Of a DNA stretch of 64,000 nucleotides, positions 38,959 to 51,046 are shown in pieces (the first letter of the stretch is position 1; each line of letters starts with the position of its first letter). The notes under the pieces are model-generated. The model had not been told where the DNA came from. It made no database searches and was given only the letters and a program-made list of their open reading frames with translations. The translations under genes and the position numbers were made by a program. The DNA comes from an uncultured Thermomicrobiales bacterium. GTDB lineage: Bacteria; Chloroflexota; Chloroflexia; Thermomicrobiales; CFX8. Location of the stretch: positions 3,038-67,037 of the forward strand of contig CAZNYB010000007.1 in assembly GCA_964577155.1 (NCBI GenBank), written 5' to 3'.

Positions 38959-40211
38959 AGAGTCACTCCAAACGCCCGTGCGACCGTATGCATGTCTTTG
39001 TCACCCCTGCCGGAGAGGTTGATGATCAGCGATTCAGCCTTCGGGTTCGCCGCCGCCCACTCTGCGCCAAGATAAATGGCATGCGCGGATTCAAGCGCAG
39101 GTATGATCCCTTCCGCTTCGCTCAACATTTTGAGACCTTCTAGCGCCTGGTCGTCAGTCACGCCGGCAAAGGTCGCTCTACCGGTATCTTTCAGGTAAGC
39201 AAGCTCCGGACCGACTCCGGGGTAGTCTAGTCCGGCTGATATCGAGTGGGCTTCCTGAATCTGTCCGAACTCGTCCTGGAGAATGTACGACTTTGCGCCA
39301 TGCAAGACGCCAATGTCGCCAGCGGTTAGACTGGCTGCGTGCGCTCCTGATTCAAGACCATGTCCGGCAGCTTCAGCTCCGATCAATTCGACGTCGGTGT
39401 CGGGAATAAACTCGTAGAATGCTCCCATCGCGTTTGATCCGCCACCGATACAGGCAATGACGGCGTCCGGAAGCCTGTTTTCGGATTTGAGTATCTGTTG
39501 GCGTGCTTCACGCCCGATGATCGACTGGAAATCACGCACCAGCATCGGGTAGGGATGCATTCCAGAGACGGTCCCGATCAGGTAGTAAGTGTCTTCCACA
39601 TTCGCCACCCAGTAGCGGATCGCTTCGTTCAATGCGTCTTTCAGCGTGCGAGAACCGCTCGATACCGGCCTGACTTCAGCGCCGAGAAGCTTCATGCGGA
39701 ACACATTGAGCGATTGCCGTTCAACGTCGATATCACCCATGAAAACAATGCACTCAAGACCGAGCAAGGCGCAAACAGTGGCCGAGGCGACGCCATGTTG
39801 TCCTGCGCCGGTTTCGGCGATGACCTTTTCTTTGCCCATCCGTTTGGCAAGCAAGCCCTGTCCGAGCGCGTTGTTGATTTTGTGCGCGCCGGTGTGTGCC
39901 AGATCCTCTCGTTTGAGGTAGACCCTAGGGCCGCCCCAACTCCGGGTCAGATTTTCACAGTAGGTGAGCGGCGTCGGGCGACCGACGTAATCCCTTTCCA
40001 TATCATGAAACAGTTTGACAAAATCCGGGTCATTCCGGGCATCTTCGTAGGCTTCGGTGAGTTCTATTATCGCAGGCATGAGCGTTTCAGGAGCGTAGAT
40101 GCCTCCAAAATCCCCATACCTCCCGAACCGGTCAGGTTCAGTGTAGTTGCTGTGTTCTGTCACAAGTGTGTTCAAGGTAGTTCCTTCCGGACTCAATTCA
40201 ACCGGACTCAT
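38955..40211 (-). CDS. trpB: Tryptophan synthase beta chain
   Basis: HTGAHKINN and GAGQHGVA. Start moved to ATG 40211 (TGAAATG junction with trpF). Confidence 0.95.
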   Translation of the reverse strand: MSPVELSPEGTTLNTLVTEHSNYTEPDRFGRYGDFGGIYAPETLMPAIIELTEAYEDARNDPDFVKLFHDMERDYVGRPTPLTYCENLTRSWGGPRVYLKREDLAHTGAHKINNALGQGLLAKRMGKEKVIAETGAGQHGVASATVCALLGLECIVFMGDIDVERQSLNVFRMKLLGAEVRPVSSGSRTLKDALNEAIRYWVANVEDTYYLIGTVSGMHPYPMLVRDFQSIIGREARQQILKSENRLPDAVIACIGGGSNAMGAFYEFIPDTDVELIGAEAAGHGLESGAHAASLTAGDIGVLHGAKSYILQDEFGQIQEAHSISAGLDYPGVGPELAYLKDTGRATFAGVTDDQALEGLKMLSEAEGIIPALESAHAIYLGAEWAAANPKAESLIINLSGRGDKDMHTVARAFGVTL

Positions 40212-40212
40212 T

Positions 40213-40890
40213 TCAAGTGTGGATATTGCTGGGCCGGGCGATCTGAATAAACTCTCTAATTTTCGCCGGATCTTTGAGCTTTTGTGTCTCAACTCCGCTC
40301 GACACGTCTACCGCGAATGGTTGAACTTGATGGATCGCCCGGGTTACGTTTTCAGGATGCAAGCCGCCGGCCAGAAACACGGCGTGCTGGTTCGCGAACT
40401 CCGCGGCAATCGACCAGTCGCCAACTTCACCTGTGCCTCCGAATCTTCCATCGACATGGGTGTCGACGAGAAACGCAAACGGTGGTTTCGCGGCGTTTTT
40501 CCAGTCTTCAAAACGGCGTTTGGCCGGGTCGGGATTGGCGCTGTCAACCCGAAGCGCCGTGATTACCGGTGCTTCTATCATTTCGCTAATTTCAGGAGAT
40601 TCATCTCCGTGCAGTTGCACGATGTTGATGCCTAGCTCTCTGACCATTTGATTGATGTTCTGACTGGGCTGATTGACGAAAAGACCGACTACTGAGACAG
40701 CACGGGTCGTATCAACCTGCCGAACCCTCTCAACGACTGCAATTGCTTCCTGCGGTGACACATAGCGATGACTGGGCGGGTAAAAGACAATTCCGATGTA
40801 GTTTGCCCCGCTTTGCACAGCGACTTCGGCATGGCGAGGTTCACTAATCCCGCATATTTTGATCCGTATGTTGGCTGGCGTTAAAGTCAA
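40213..40890 (-). CDS. trpF: Phosphoribosylanthranilate isomerase
   Basis: IKICGI ... GLFVNQ ... VQLHGDE. ATGA overlap with trpC. Confidence 0.9.
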   Translation of the reverse strand: MTLTPANIRIKICGISEPRHAEVAVQSGANYIGIVFYPPSHRYVSPQEAIAVVERVRQVDTTRAVSVVGLFVNQPSQNINQMVRELGINIVQLHGDESPEISEMIEAPVITALRVDSANPDPAKRRFEDWKNAAKPPFAFLVDTHVDGRFGGTGEVGDWSIAAEFANQHAVFLAGGLHPENVTRAIHQVQPFAVDVSSGVETQKLKDPAKIREFIQIARPSNIHT

Positions 40891-41696
40891 TTGAGAAGAT
40901 CCCTGACCGCGCTGGAGCGATCGGGTTGGCGCATCAGCGATTCTCCGACGAGGACGGCATCGACACCAGCAGTGGCAAGCCGAACAACGTCTTCACGGTC
41001 TCGTACGCCGCTTTCACCGACGATAGCGATATGATCGGGAATCTGCGGCGCCAGTGCCATCGTCACATTGAGATCCACGTCAAATGTCTTCAGGTTGCGA
41101 TTATTGACACCGACAATGTTTGGTGAAATCTCAAGCGCGCGCTGTAGTTCTTCTGGATTGTGCACCTCTATCAGCGCAGCCATGCCCAGCTCAGTTGCAA
41201 TGCTGAATAACTCAGCCAGCTCACGATCACGAAGGGCGGCAACGATCAGCAGGATGCAGTCAGCACCGGAAGCGCGTGCTTCGAACACCTGGTATGCATC
41301 GACAACGAAGTCTTTCCGGAGCACGGGAATCGGATCGGTTACCGGGTGGGCTCTAGCGGCAACTGTCTGCAGATCTGCCAGGCTGCCGCCAAAAAATGTT
41401 GCGTCGGTAAGGACAGAGATTGCCGAGCAACCGCCCTGAATGTAGGCATCGGCCACTTCTTCAACATTGATGTCTTCAGCAATCACCCCTTTAGACGGTG
41501 AAGCTCGCTTGATCTCGGCGATGACGCCAATCGGGCCATATTTCAGGGCGTCGAACATAGAGCAAGCCGGTGTCTGCGCTTCCGCAAGCTTTCGCAGTTC
41601 ACGCTCTGGGGAAGCTTGTTTGCGTTCTTCCAGTTCGGCGCGGGTGTTGGTGAGAATTCTGTCCAGATAGGTGCCGGTAATGAGAGGTGAAGTCAT
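40887..41696 (-). CDS. trpC: Indole-3-glycerol-phosphate synthase
   Basis: IAEIKRASPSKG and GVNNRNLKTF. TGATG junction with trpD. Confidence 0.95.
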   Translation of the reverse strand: MTSPLITGTYLDRILTNTRAELEERKQASPERELRKLAEAQTPACSMFDALKYGPIGVIAEIKRASPSKGVIAEDINVEEVADAYIQGGCSAISVLTDATFFGGSLADLQTVAARAHPVTDPIPVLRKDFVVDAYQVFEARASGADCILLIVAALRDRELAELFSIATELGMAALIEVHNPEELQRALEISPNIVGVNNRNLKTFDVDLNVTMALAPQIPDHIAIVGESGVRDREDVVRLATAGVDAVLVGESLMRQPDRSSAVRDLLN

Positions 41697-42745
41697 CAGA
41701 CGGCCACCCGCTGCCGTTCAGTCATCCGGGTCGTCAGCTCCGCCAGTTCGGCGACTTTCGCGGCCGCCGCGCCGCTATCGATCGACTCCGCCGCCAGTTC
41801 GATCCCTTTGCTGATGGATTCGGTGGCGTCCGCGGCATACAGCGAGGCTCCGGCGTTGAGCAGTGTGATGTCTCGTGTTGCGCCTTTTTCACCGTTGAGG
41901 ACGGCAAGCAGGATCTTGGCGTTCTCGGTCACGCTGCCTCCTTTGATCTGTTCGTGCGGGTAGTTCGGCATTCCGAACTGCGAGGGTTCGATTTCATAGG
42001 CTGTCACCCAGGCGCTCTCTCGCATCAACATCTCGGCGACAGTCGTTGGTCCGGCGACGCCAATTTCATCCAGCCCTTCATGGGCGTGAACGACGAGTGA
42101 ATGCCGTGATCCGAGCAGGCCGAGGACTCGCGCGAATCGTGAAGCCGTTTCACTGTCTGGCACGCCAATGACCTGATGGGTCGCTCCAGCCGGGTTTACC
42201 AGCGGACCTAGGAGATTGAAGACGGTTCTGATCCCGATTTCTCGGCGAACTGGACCGGCAAACCGCATCGCCGGGTGAAACGCAGGCGCGTACATGAAGC
42301 CAATTCCAACCGTTTCGACGGCTTCAGCTACCTGTTCTGGCTCCAGCTCAATCTGAACCCCTAGCGCTTCGAGCACGTCAGCGGAACCGCACCGGCTGGT
42401 CATTGCACGGTTGCCATGCTTTGCCACTTTGACGCCTGCTCCGGCGGTAACGAACGCGGCAGTAGTCGAGATATTGAAGGAATGGCTTGCGTCGCCACCG
42501 GTGCCGACTGTGTCGACGACAGGCTCTGACAGGTCCAGCGGAACCGGAATGACCTTCGCCCGCATGACCGTCGCGAACGCAGCCAGCTCTTCGTCGGTCT
42601 CGCCGCGAATTCGCAACGCGGTGAGAAACGAGCCAATCTGCGGAGCGGAGGCTTCTCCGTTCATAATGATTTCCATCGCGTCGGTCGCCTCCGCACTCGA
42701 GAGGGATTCGCCCTCGACGACTTTCGCAATATGAGGTTTCAGCAT
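41696..42745 (-). CDS. trpD: Anthranilate phosphoribosyltransferase
   Basis: DTVGTGGD and KHGNRA. Confidence 0.95.
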   Translation of the reverse strand: MLKPHIAKVVEGESLSSAEATDAMEIIMNGEASAPQIGSFLTALRIRGETDEELAAFATVMRAKVIPVPLDLSEPVVDTVGTGGDASHSFNISTTAAFVTAGAGVKVAKHGNRAMTSRCGSADVLEALGVQIELEPEQVAEAVETVGIGFMYAPAFHPAMRFAGPVRREIGIRTVFNLLGPLVNPAGATHQVIGVPDSETASRFARVLGLLGSRHSLVVHAHEGLDEIGVAGPTTVAEMLMRESAWVTAYEIEPSQFGMPNYPHEQIKGGSVTENAKILLAVLNGEKGATRDITLLNAGASLYAADATESISKGIELAAESIDSGAAAAKVAELAELTTRMTERQRVAV

Positions 42746-42777
42746 GTTACTTCTCGCTTTCGTGAACGGCGTGGTTG

Positions 42778-43371
42778 CTAGTATCCATGAACTGGCGCGA
42801 CCGATACGTCTGTTCTGACAAAATTGGCAAGAATCCGAGGACCATGTGTCGTCAGTATGGACTCGGGGTGGAACTGCACCCCGTAAACATCGTGCTCCCG
42901 GTGCTCCATGGCCATCATCAGGCCATCACTTGTTCTTGCGGTAACGGTGAGGCACTCAGGTAACGTTGACTCCTCAACGATTAGAGAGTGATACCGGGTA
43001 GCTGTGAAGGTGTCTGGAACGCCGGAGAACAGATCGGATCCTCTGTGAGTTATTTCGCTGGTTTTGCCATGAACGATCTCTGGGGCGCCAACGACGGCAG
43101 CTCCATAAGCTGCGCCGATGGACTGATGACCGAGGCAGACACCAAGAATTGGAATTCTGCCTGAAAACTCGCGAACAATCTCAACAGATATTCCCGCCTC
43201 GTCCGGGGTGCAGGGTCCGGGAGAGATGACGATCTGGTCAGGGGAGAGTAAGCGTATTTCGCTGATACTGATCTGGTCGTTTCTATGCACAACGACCTGT
43301 TCTCCAAGGCTGCACAACGCCTGGTACAAGTTGTAGGTAAAGGAATCGTAGTTATCGATGAGCAATATCAT
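42778..43371 (-). CDS. trpG: Anthranilate synthase component II (glutamine amidotransferase; may also serve as PabA)
   Basis: IDNYDSFTYNL, LGVCLGHQ and GVQFHPES. ATGA overlap with trpE. Confidence 0.95.
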   Translation of the reverse strand: MILLIDNYDSFTYNLYQALCSLGEQVVVHRNDQISISEIRLLSPDQIVISPGPCTPDEAGISVEIVREFSGRIPILGVCLGHQSIGAAYGAAVVGAPEIVHGKTSEITHRGSDLFSGVPDTFTATRYHSLIVEESTLPECLTVTARTSDGLMMAMEHREHDVYGVQFHPESILTTHGPRILANFVRTDVSVAPVHGY

Positions 43372-44975
43372 GTGCGTGCCTCCTGACGTCTGCGTTCAGC
43401 GCGTGCCCGTTCTTCTGCTTCAATTTCCTCGGCGTAGTCGATTGCGCGCATAGCAGCAGTCATTTTGTTGATAGTTTCACGGTACTCGTAGTCCGCGTTG
43501 GAGTCATTCACGATCCCGCCTCCGGCTTGCATGGTGGCGGTACTGCCTCGCATGACAACCGTTCTCAACGCAAGCGCCTGATCCATATTGCCGGTGTAGG
43601 CAAAATAGCCGACCACTCCGGAGTACAACCCCCGGCGGTCGGGTTCAAGCTCGGCAATAATCTCCATTGCCCGGATTTTTGGCGCGCCGCTGACCGTTCC
43701 GGCAGGAAAACAGGCTCGCAAAGCGTCGGCGTGGGTGAGATCATCTTGCAGGTCGGCGTTGACGTGACTTACCAGGTGGATCACGTGCGAAAATCGATCG
43801 GTACGCAAAAGTACCGGTACTCGCACAGTCCCCGGTTTGGCGACTTTACCGAGATCGTTTCTGGCCAGGTCGACCAGCATGACATGTTCGGCACGCTCTT
43901 TCTCATCCGCCAACAGGTCGGCTTCGAGTCGGACATCCTCTTCTTCGGTATCTCCGCGTGGTCTGGTCCCAGCAATCGGGTGCGTCGTCAGCACCCCGTC
44001 TTCGAGCCGGATCAACGCTTCAGGCGATGCGCCGATTACCTGTTCGCCGCCGAGTTGCAGGTAGTACATGTAGGGTGACGGATTTATCGTCCTCAACGAT
44101 CGATAGAGTGAGAAAGGATGAATCCCAGTCTCGACTTCAGCCCGTTGCGAAGGAACAACCTGAAAAACGTCGCCTGCGGTAATGTAATTCTTGGCCCGTT
44201 CAACCATCGAATCGTAGTAGTTTCGGGAAATGTTGAAGGTTGCCCGTTCCATGGCTGAAGCGCGATGGAGCGGCAGGTCGCCGACAGGGATATTGACCTG
44301 CCGGTCCTGGAGCAGAGCGACGATGGCATCGATCCGCCCGGTGGCTTCACGATAGGACTTTTCAATCGGTGTCTCGCGATCCAGGTGAACGTGGGAGACG
44401 ATTTTCATGCGGCGTTCGAGATGATCGAACACCACCATGGTGTCGACGAACATATAGACACCGTCCGGGGCGCCTACCGGGTCATTGACGGCGAGCGGTA
44501 TGTTCTCAAAATGACGAACGGATTCATAAGAGAGATACCCGACCGCACCACCGAGAAAGAGTGGCAGGCCAGGGACGTGGACGGTCTGGTAGGGCGCCAG
44601 GAACGACTGCAACGTCACCAGCGGATCGGTGTAGGCAATCTCCTGCTTGTACCCCTGCTGGTTTGCGTAGGCGATACCATCTTCGAACCGGACGGTGAGG
44701 TATGGATCTGTCCCGATAAACGAATACCGCGAAAGATGTTGACCGCCTTCTACGCTCTCCAGCAGGAAAGAGTAACGGCCGCTGGCAATTTTCAAATAGG
44801 CGCTGACTGGTGTTTCCAGGTCGGCAATAATCTCTCGATACAGGGGGACAGCGTTGCCAAACTCCCGCAACCGGTCTACTTCCTCAATGGTGAGTGAGTA
44901 TCGGGACCTGCTGGATTTGGTGGCTGGGCTTGCTGGAATCGTAACTGGTTGTGTTTCAATCACTGTGTTTTCCAA
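43368..44975 (-). CDS. trpE: Anthranilate synthase component I
   Basis: [11 protein letters not shown] and LESVEGG. Start TTG 44975 or GTG 44963. Confidence 0.95.
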   Translation of the reverse strand: MENTVIETQPVTIPASPATKSSRSRYSLTIEEVDRLREFGNAVPLYREIIADLETPVSAYLKIASGRYSFLLESVEGGQHLSRYSFIGTDPYLTVRFEDGIAYANQQGYKQEIAYTDPLVTLQSFLAPYQTVHVPGLPLFLGGAVGYLSYESVRHFENIPLAVNDPVGAPDGVYMFVDTMVVFDHLERRMKIVSHVHLDRETPIEKSYREATGRIDAIVALLQDRQVNIPVGDLPLHRASAMERATFNISRNYYDSMVERAKNYITAGDVFQVVPSQRAEVETGIHPFSLYRSLRTINPSPYMYYLQLGGEQVIGASPEALIRLEDGVLTTHPIAGTRPRGDTEEEDVRLEADLLADEKERAEHVMLVDLARNDLGKVAKPGTVRVPVLLRTDRFSHVIHLVSHVNADLQDDLTHADALRACFPAGTVSGAPKIRAMEIIAELEPDRRGLYSGVVGYFAYTGNMDQALALRTVVMRGSTATMQAGGGIVNDSNADYEYRETINKMTAAMRAIDYAEEIEAEERARAERRRQEART

Positions 44976-45118
44976 TCATTCTGAGAACGTGAAGACTAAA
45001 GCAAGGCTGATGCAGGTCAACTTTGCCAGCGCCCACGGTACAAACCGTCTGGCGTTCGTATTCTTCGATCTCGAATGATTGGTTTCATCATCGTGCTTTC
45101 GTAACCGACCTTTAAATC

Positions 45119-45148
45119 AAAAAACCTCACGTCCCAAAGGGACGGAGG
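45119..45148 (-). terminator. Intrinsic terminator of the T-box leader
   Basis: mRNA CCUCCGUCCC-UUU-GGGACGUGAGG followed by U6 (fwd A-run 45119-45124). Confidence 0.85.
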
Positions 45149-45413
45149 TCAGCTTCTGACATCCGCGGTGCCACCCTCGTTGATCGCCGTCAGGCGATCC
45201 ACTCATCAGGGATGAACATCATCAGCATCATCCCAGTCCCTGGATAACGGTAGGGCTTCCGGCGCTGCTTACTAGGCGTATACCGCTGTTCGGAGCGCAA
45301 CTCCCGGATCCATTCCACACCTCTGCGAGTATCAGGCTCTCACCGTGTCCCGACTCTCTGAACTCGCGTCCAGCGTGTACTTGTTCCGATCATCGTCGCT
45401 AAACGATCGAACG
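45119..45413 (-). promoter_or_regulatory. T-box leader (tRNA-Trp-responsive riboswitch) of the trp-aro operon
   Basis: Read on the minus strand. Stem I has an AGAGAG bulge and an ACGGUGAGAG distal loop. The specifier loop ends GAA-UGG-A (UGG = 45312..45310). The T-box sequence GAGGGUGGCACCGCGG lies at 45163-45178. A terminator follows. Confidence 0.85.
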
Positions 45414-46076
45414 TGGGCGTATCTTAACTGGAGAACTACTATCTGTCAACGGCGGTTCAGATGTACTCACGATATCGACAGGCGTTTGTTGACGCGGGTG
45501 TAACTGCAACAGCAGCCAGTAAAGTGCGCCACCTAGTAGTATGTAGACAATGCCTGCAAGGACAAAGAGATATTTGATGATCGCCGAGACCTGGGCTATG
45601 CGCGGCCAGGGCTGCCGTACCTCTGACCTGAGAAGCTGCAACAGCATGATGTTTTCTATCGCATCCCATATTGCTGCAACCCACTGACTCCAGGCGATCA
45701 ACAGACCGAGGCTTGCTATCCAGGACCGCTGGGCTTGACGGTGTAGTTCAGTCGCCCAGATAGATAAGGCTGAAAACAGGGTGGAATAGATGACGAGAAA
45801 CACGAAGTCGATCAGCAGGTTCGTCCTGGCATCGTTCCGCACGTTGTCGTCCCACGACTCAAGCACCGTTGCAGACTTGTTCACCGAACCTGCCAGTTGG
45901 AAGGACGCGATCCCGTATTTCGCCTGCTCAGTTATCAACCTCCGCGAATACTTCTGCAACGGGATTTCCGTGAGGATGAACGCGATGGCCAGGCCAAGCA
46001 GCCACAGCTTCCGGCGCCGAACCGGCCAACGCTCAAACGGATGCAACCTTCGCGAAGGAGGGGCTGATTTCAACAA
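45399..46076 (-). CDS. Hypothetical integral membrane protein
   Basis: 4-5 hydrophobic helices (LWLLGLAIAFILTEI, LLIDFVFLVIYSTLFSALSIW, YLFVLAGIVYILLGGALYWLLL). I recognise no family. Confidence 0.55.
   Translation of the reverse strand: MLKSAPPSRRLHPFERWPVRRRKLWLLGLAIAFILTEIPLQKYSRRLITEQAKYGIASFQLAGSVNKSATVLESWDDNVRNDARTNLLIDFVFLVIYSTLFSALSIWATELHRQAQRSWIASLGLLIAWSQWVAAIWDAIENIMLLQLLRSEVRQPWPRIAQVSAIIKYLFVLAGIVYILLGGALYWLLLQLHPRQQTPVDIVSTSEPPLTDSSSPVKIRPRSIV
45421..45449 (-). promoter_or_regulatory. Sigma-70-type promoter for the T-box leader
   Basis: TTGACA (45449..45444), 17-nt spacer, TAAGAT (45426..45421). It lies inside the 3' end of the upstream membrane-protein gene. Confidence 0.55.
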
Positions 46077-46371
46077 TGTGCCTCCAATTTGTGCCGGGCA
46101 AACCTGGTTTCGGACATCGCTTTATATTAGCCAATTGGTCGTTCACCGGTCGACAGCTCACGTGAACCATTCCAGTTTGGTCTCTACATTGAAACCGGAA
46201 GAAGCACAAGCGAGACGGTTCCGAAGCATTTGTTCCCAAAAGACAACAGGAATATTTGCAGGTACAGCATAGTTGTTCAAAACTATCGGCAACGTTTCGA
46301 TTTTTCGGTTGAAGTGTGAGTCGCCAGATTGCTACACTTCTATATTCGATTTCTTCGCTGGAAGGCGGGAC

Positions 46372-47190
46372 GTGGCGCAGATCCTGGCATTGGCGAACCA
46401 AAAGGGCGGCGTCGGCAAAACCACGACCGCCGTCAATGTTGCTCACCAGTTTGCGCTGCTTGGCTATCGAATTCTGTTGATCGACCTGGATCCACAGGGC
46501 AATACCACCAGTTCACTTGGTGTTCAAAAGTCAGAACTTCACTATTCATCCTATGAAATGCTGCTTGACGCAGACTGTGCTTCCAGCGTTGTTTTAAAAA
46601 ACGTCAAACCAGATTTGGATCTAGTTGGCGCAAGTACCGCTCTTTCGGGGGTGGAAGTTGAGCTTGTAAACCTGCACCGGCGCGAACGCCGGCTGCATCT
46701 GGCCCTCCAGGACCTGTCCCTCAACTATGACGCTATTATCATTGACAGCCCGCCATCTCTCGGACTATTGACGATCAATGCGTTGACGGCTGCAAGAGAA
46801 ATTATCGTTCCAATCCAGTGTGAATATCTCGCGCTTGAAGGATTGATGCAGCTCATCCAAACGATGGATCTCGTGAAAAAGAGAATAAACCCGGAACTCG
46901 ATGTTCTGGGTGTTGTCATGACGATGTACGACGCGCGAACGAACCTCTCTGCCCAGGTCGTCGAGAATGTACGCCGTCATTTTCCCAGCCGTTTATTTGA
47001 CACGGTTGTGCCGCGTTCGGTGCGGCTGGCCGAAGCGCCTTCTTACGGGCAGACGATATTCGAGTATGCGCCTCGCTCGAGCGGCGCGGAGGCATATCAA
47101 GCGCTCACTCAGGAGATTGTGCATCGCATCGGCTTGACCGATTCGGTGTTCCTTGAAGACGAAACTGTGCTGCAGGCCGCTGACATCTAA
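46372..47190 (+). CDS. soj: ParA/Soj-type partition ATPase
   Basis: Deviant Walker A ANQKGGVGKTTT and IIDSPPSLG. Start moved to GTG 46372 after GGAAGG. Confidence 0.85.
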   Translation: MAQILALANQKGGVGKTTTAVNVAHQFALLGYRILLIDLDPQGNTTSSLGVQKSELHYSSYEMLLDADCASSVVLKNVKPDLDLVGASTALSGVEVELVNLHRRERRLHLALQDLSLNYDAIIIDSPPSLGLLTINALTAAREIIVPIQCEYLALEGLMQLIQTMDLVKKRINPELDVLGVVMTMYDARTNLSAQVVENVRRHFPSRLFDTVVPRSVRLAEAPSYGQTIFEYAPRSSGAEAYQALTQEIVHRIGLTDSVFLEDETVLQAADI

Positions 47191-48777
<1,587 letters not shown>

Positions 48778-48805
48778 GCGCTGATTCGAAATTGAAGGTT
48801 CGGGC

Positions 48806-48835
48806 AAGGACGCCAGTTGTCGAACTGGCGTCCTT
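48806..48835 (+). terminator. Strong hairpin after guaB (terminator-like, no U-tract)
   Basis: AAGGACGCCAGT / ACTGGCGTCCTT, 12 perfect bp with a 6-nt loop, followed by CGTCAG. Confidence 0.45.
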
Positions 48836-48921
48836 CGTCAGTAACTCATCACTACATCTCGCGCCACCTGGATAGATACTTTAGGTTTGATAGAAATTCA
48901 GGCAACTACGGAGGAATAGAA

Positions 48922-49728
48922 ATGGATCTTGGTCTGCAAGGCAGTGTCGTCATCGTTGCCGCGTCAAGCAAAGGACTGGGAAAAGCCTGCGCTGTGCAAT
49001 TCGCTCGCGAAGGAGCCAGAGTTGTGATGTGCTCCAGAGATGCTGGCCGAATTGCCGCTGCGGCAGAAGACGCGCAACAGGCTGCGATCACGTACGAAAA
49101 CGGTGGCGAAGCGACCGGACTCCAGGCTGATGTAACCCGGAAAGAAGATATCCAGCAGGTTGTTGATTACACCCTTGAGAAGTACGGACGAATAGACGTA
49201 CTGGTGAACAATGCCGGTGGACCTCCTGCTGGAAATTTCGAGACACTGAGCGATGAGGACTTTCTTGACGCGATCAATCTGAATCTGATGAGCACGCTGA
49301 GGTTCAGTCAGGCGGTTGTGCCGACGATGAAGGGGCAGGGTGGTGGTTCCATCGTCAACGTCACGTCTATCGCCGTGAAACAGCCAATTGACGGACTCAT
49401 TCTCTCGAACACTGCCAGATCCGGCGTGACCGGGCTGGCAAAGAGCATGGCTAACGAACTCGGTCAATACAACATCAGAGTGAACAATGTCGGTCCTGGT
49501 CCGACGCGAACCGATCGAATACTTGACCTTTCCCGGCAACGAGCAGAATCAGAAGGCGTGTCGTTGGACGCCGCTATTGCAAGCGACGCAGCAGCCATTC
49601 CGATGGGACGACTTGGTGAACCGGATGAGTTTGCGAACGTCGTCGTGTTTCTGGCGTCGCCTGCCGCGAGCTATGTCTCGGGAATTACCCTTCAGGTTGA
49701 TGGTGGGTTGTACCGGGGAATAATGTAA
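48922..49728 (+). CDS. SDR-family oxidoreductase, divergent (BKR-like) subgroup
   Basis: VIVAASSKGLGKA (Rossmann) and NNAGGPP. Start moved to ATG 48922 after GGAGGA. Paralogue of 62043..62843. Confidence 0.8.
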   Translation: MDLGLQGSVVIVAASSKGLGKACAVQFAREGARVVMCSRDAGRIAAAAEDAQQAAITYENGGEATGLQADVTRKEDIQQVVDYTLEKYGRIDVLVNNAGGPPAGNFETLSDEDFLDAINLNLMSTLRFSQAVVPTMKGQGGGSIVNVTSIAVKQPIDGLILSNTARSGVTGLAKSMANELGQYNIRVNNVGPGPTRTDRILDLSRQRAESEGVSLDAAIASDAAAIPMGRLGEPDEFANVVVFLASPAASYVSGITLQVDGGLYRGIM

Positions 49729-49870
49729 GATCGAAGGCAGAAATCAGAGGGATTGTTGTTCCCCTGTTGCCACCAATTTGATATCAAACCGTCGATGGAG
49801 GTCAGTCTTTCCTGTTCCATCGTTACATCTAGCCAGATAGTCCTGGATTTCACAATCATTTGATCGGCTC

Positions 49871-51046
49871 TTGATGAAAATCCTGCAAGTATCGCCATTT
49901 GACTTCAGCGTCCGCGGCGGCGTCAATGAACATGTCATGCAACTTGACAACCAGTTTCAGCTACTTGGTCACGAGACACGCATTCTGGCTGCCGCCTCGC
50001 CACACCTCGGGGAGCGTGACGATGGGCACACCTATCTGCTAGGAACAGCAGTGCCGATACCGTCCAACGGTTCACAAGCGCGGATAGCACTCTCGCCGCT
50101 CCTGCTGCAGAAAGTTGGAAGTTTTCTGGAACAGGAACACTTCGATGTCGTTCATCTTCATGAACCGCTGGTCCCGATGCTTGGTCTTTCCTGCCTCGTC
50201 CATTCAAAATCGTTGACCGTTGGAACCTTTCACGCAGCTCGAAACACAAACTTCTGGTACCTGTACACCAAAGCTATCCTCGATATGTTTGTCAAGCGGC
50301 TGGATATTCGAATTGCCGTTTCCGACGCGGCACGAAGTTTTGCCGACGACCACTTTCCAGGCGACTACCTCGTCATCCCCAACGGCATCAGCCTCGATCG
50401 GTTCAACCCTGAAATCCGGCCTGTTGGCTATCTCAATGATGGCCGGCCAAATATCCTCTTTGTCGGACGATACGATGAGCCTCGCAAGGGATTCAGCTAC
50501 CTGCTGGAAGCGATGCCAGACATCCGTAGTCAGTACCCGGATGTACGGCTTATCGTTGCCGGAGCGGGCAACAAGGATCGTCACCAGCGGTATATCGCCA
50601 GGTATAACCTGGAAGAGAACGTCTACTTTATTGGCATTCCCGATGAGTTTATGCTCCCGCGCCTGTACGCGAGTAGCGATGTGTTTGTCGCCCCTTCTAC
50701 CGGTCGGGAATCATTTGGAATCATCCTGCTTGAGTCGATGGCGTCTGGCAGTCCGGTGGTAGCGAGTGATATCGATGGATATAGTGCTGTCATCGGTGAG
50801 AGCGGGGTGAACGGAATACTGTTCGAGAATAAAAACTCCCAACAGCTTGCTCTGGCTGTCGTCCGCGTGCTCGCCGATCGCGAGTTGCAGCAGACACTCC
50901 GGAACAATGCCCTTAACTACGTGCAGCAGTTTAGCTGGCCAAATGTCGCGAAACAGGTGCTTGAGGCCTATGAGACTGGCCTTGCAGCTGGAGAATCCAA
51001 CCGGAGGCTGGATCCGATCTCGGAAGTGCTGGTGAGCGATGGTTAG
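49871..51046 (+). CDS. pimA: GT4 glycosyltransferase, PimA-like (phosphatidylinositol alpha-mannosyltransferase)
   Basis: Colinear with M. tuberculosis PimA as remembered: GGVNEHV, AVPIPSNGSQARI, DVVHLHEP, LFVGRYDEPRKG, ESFGIILLESMASG. Confidence 0.75.
   Translation: MMKILQVSPFDFSVRGGVNEHVMQLDNQFQLLGHETRILAAASPHLGERDDGHTYLLGTAVPIPSNGSQARIALSPLLLQKVGSFLEQEHFDVVHLHEPLVPMLGLSCLVHSKSLTVGTFHAARNTNFWYLYTKAILDMFVKRLDIRIAVSDAARSFADDHFPGDYLVIPNGISLDRFNPEIRPVGYLNDGRPNILFVGRYDEPRKGFSYLLEAMPDIRSQYPDVRLIVAGAGNKDRHQRYIARYNLEENVYFIGIPDEFMLPRLYASSDVFVAPSTGRESFGIILLESMASGSPVVASDIDGYSAVIGESGVNGILFENKNSQQLALAVVRVLADRELQQTLRNNALNYVQQFSWPNVAKQVLEAYETGLAAGESNRRLDPISEVLVSDG

Noticed and set aside
44976-45118. 24-codon minus-strand ORF (MMKPIIRDRRIRTPDGLYRGRWQS) between the T-box terminator and trpE; considered as a possible Trp leader peptide.
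   Set aside because: It has only one Trp codon, no RBS and no associated alternative hairpins. The T-box already accounts for regulation.
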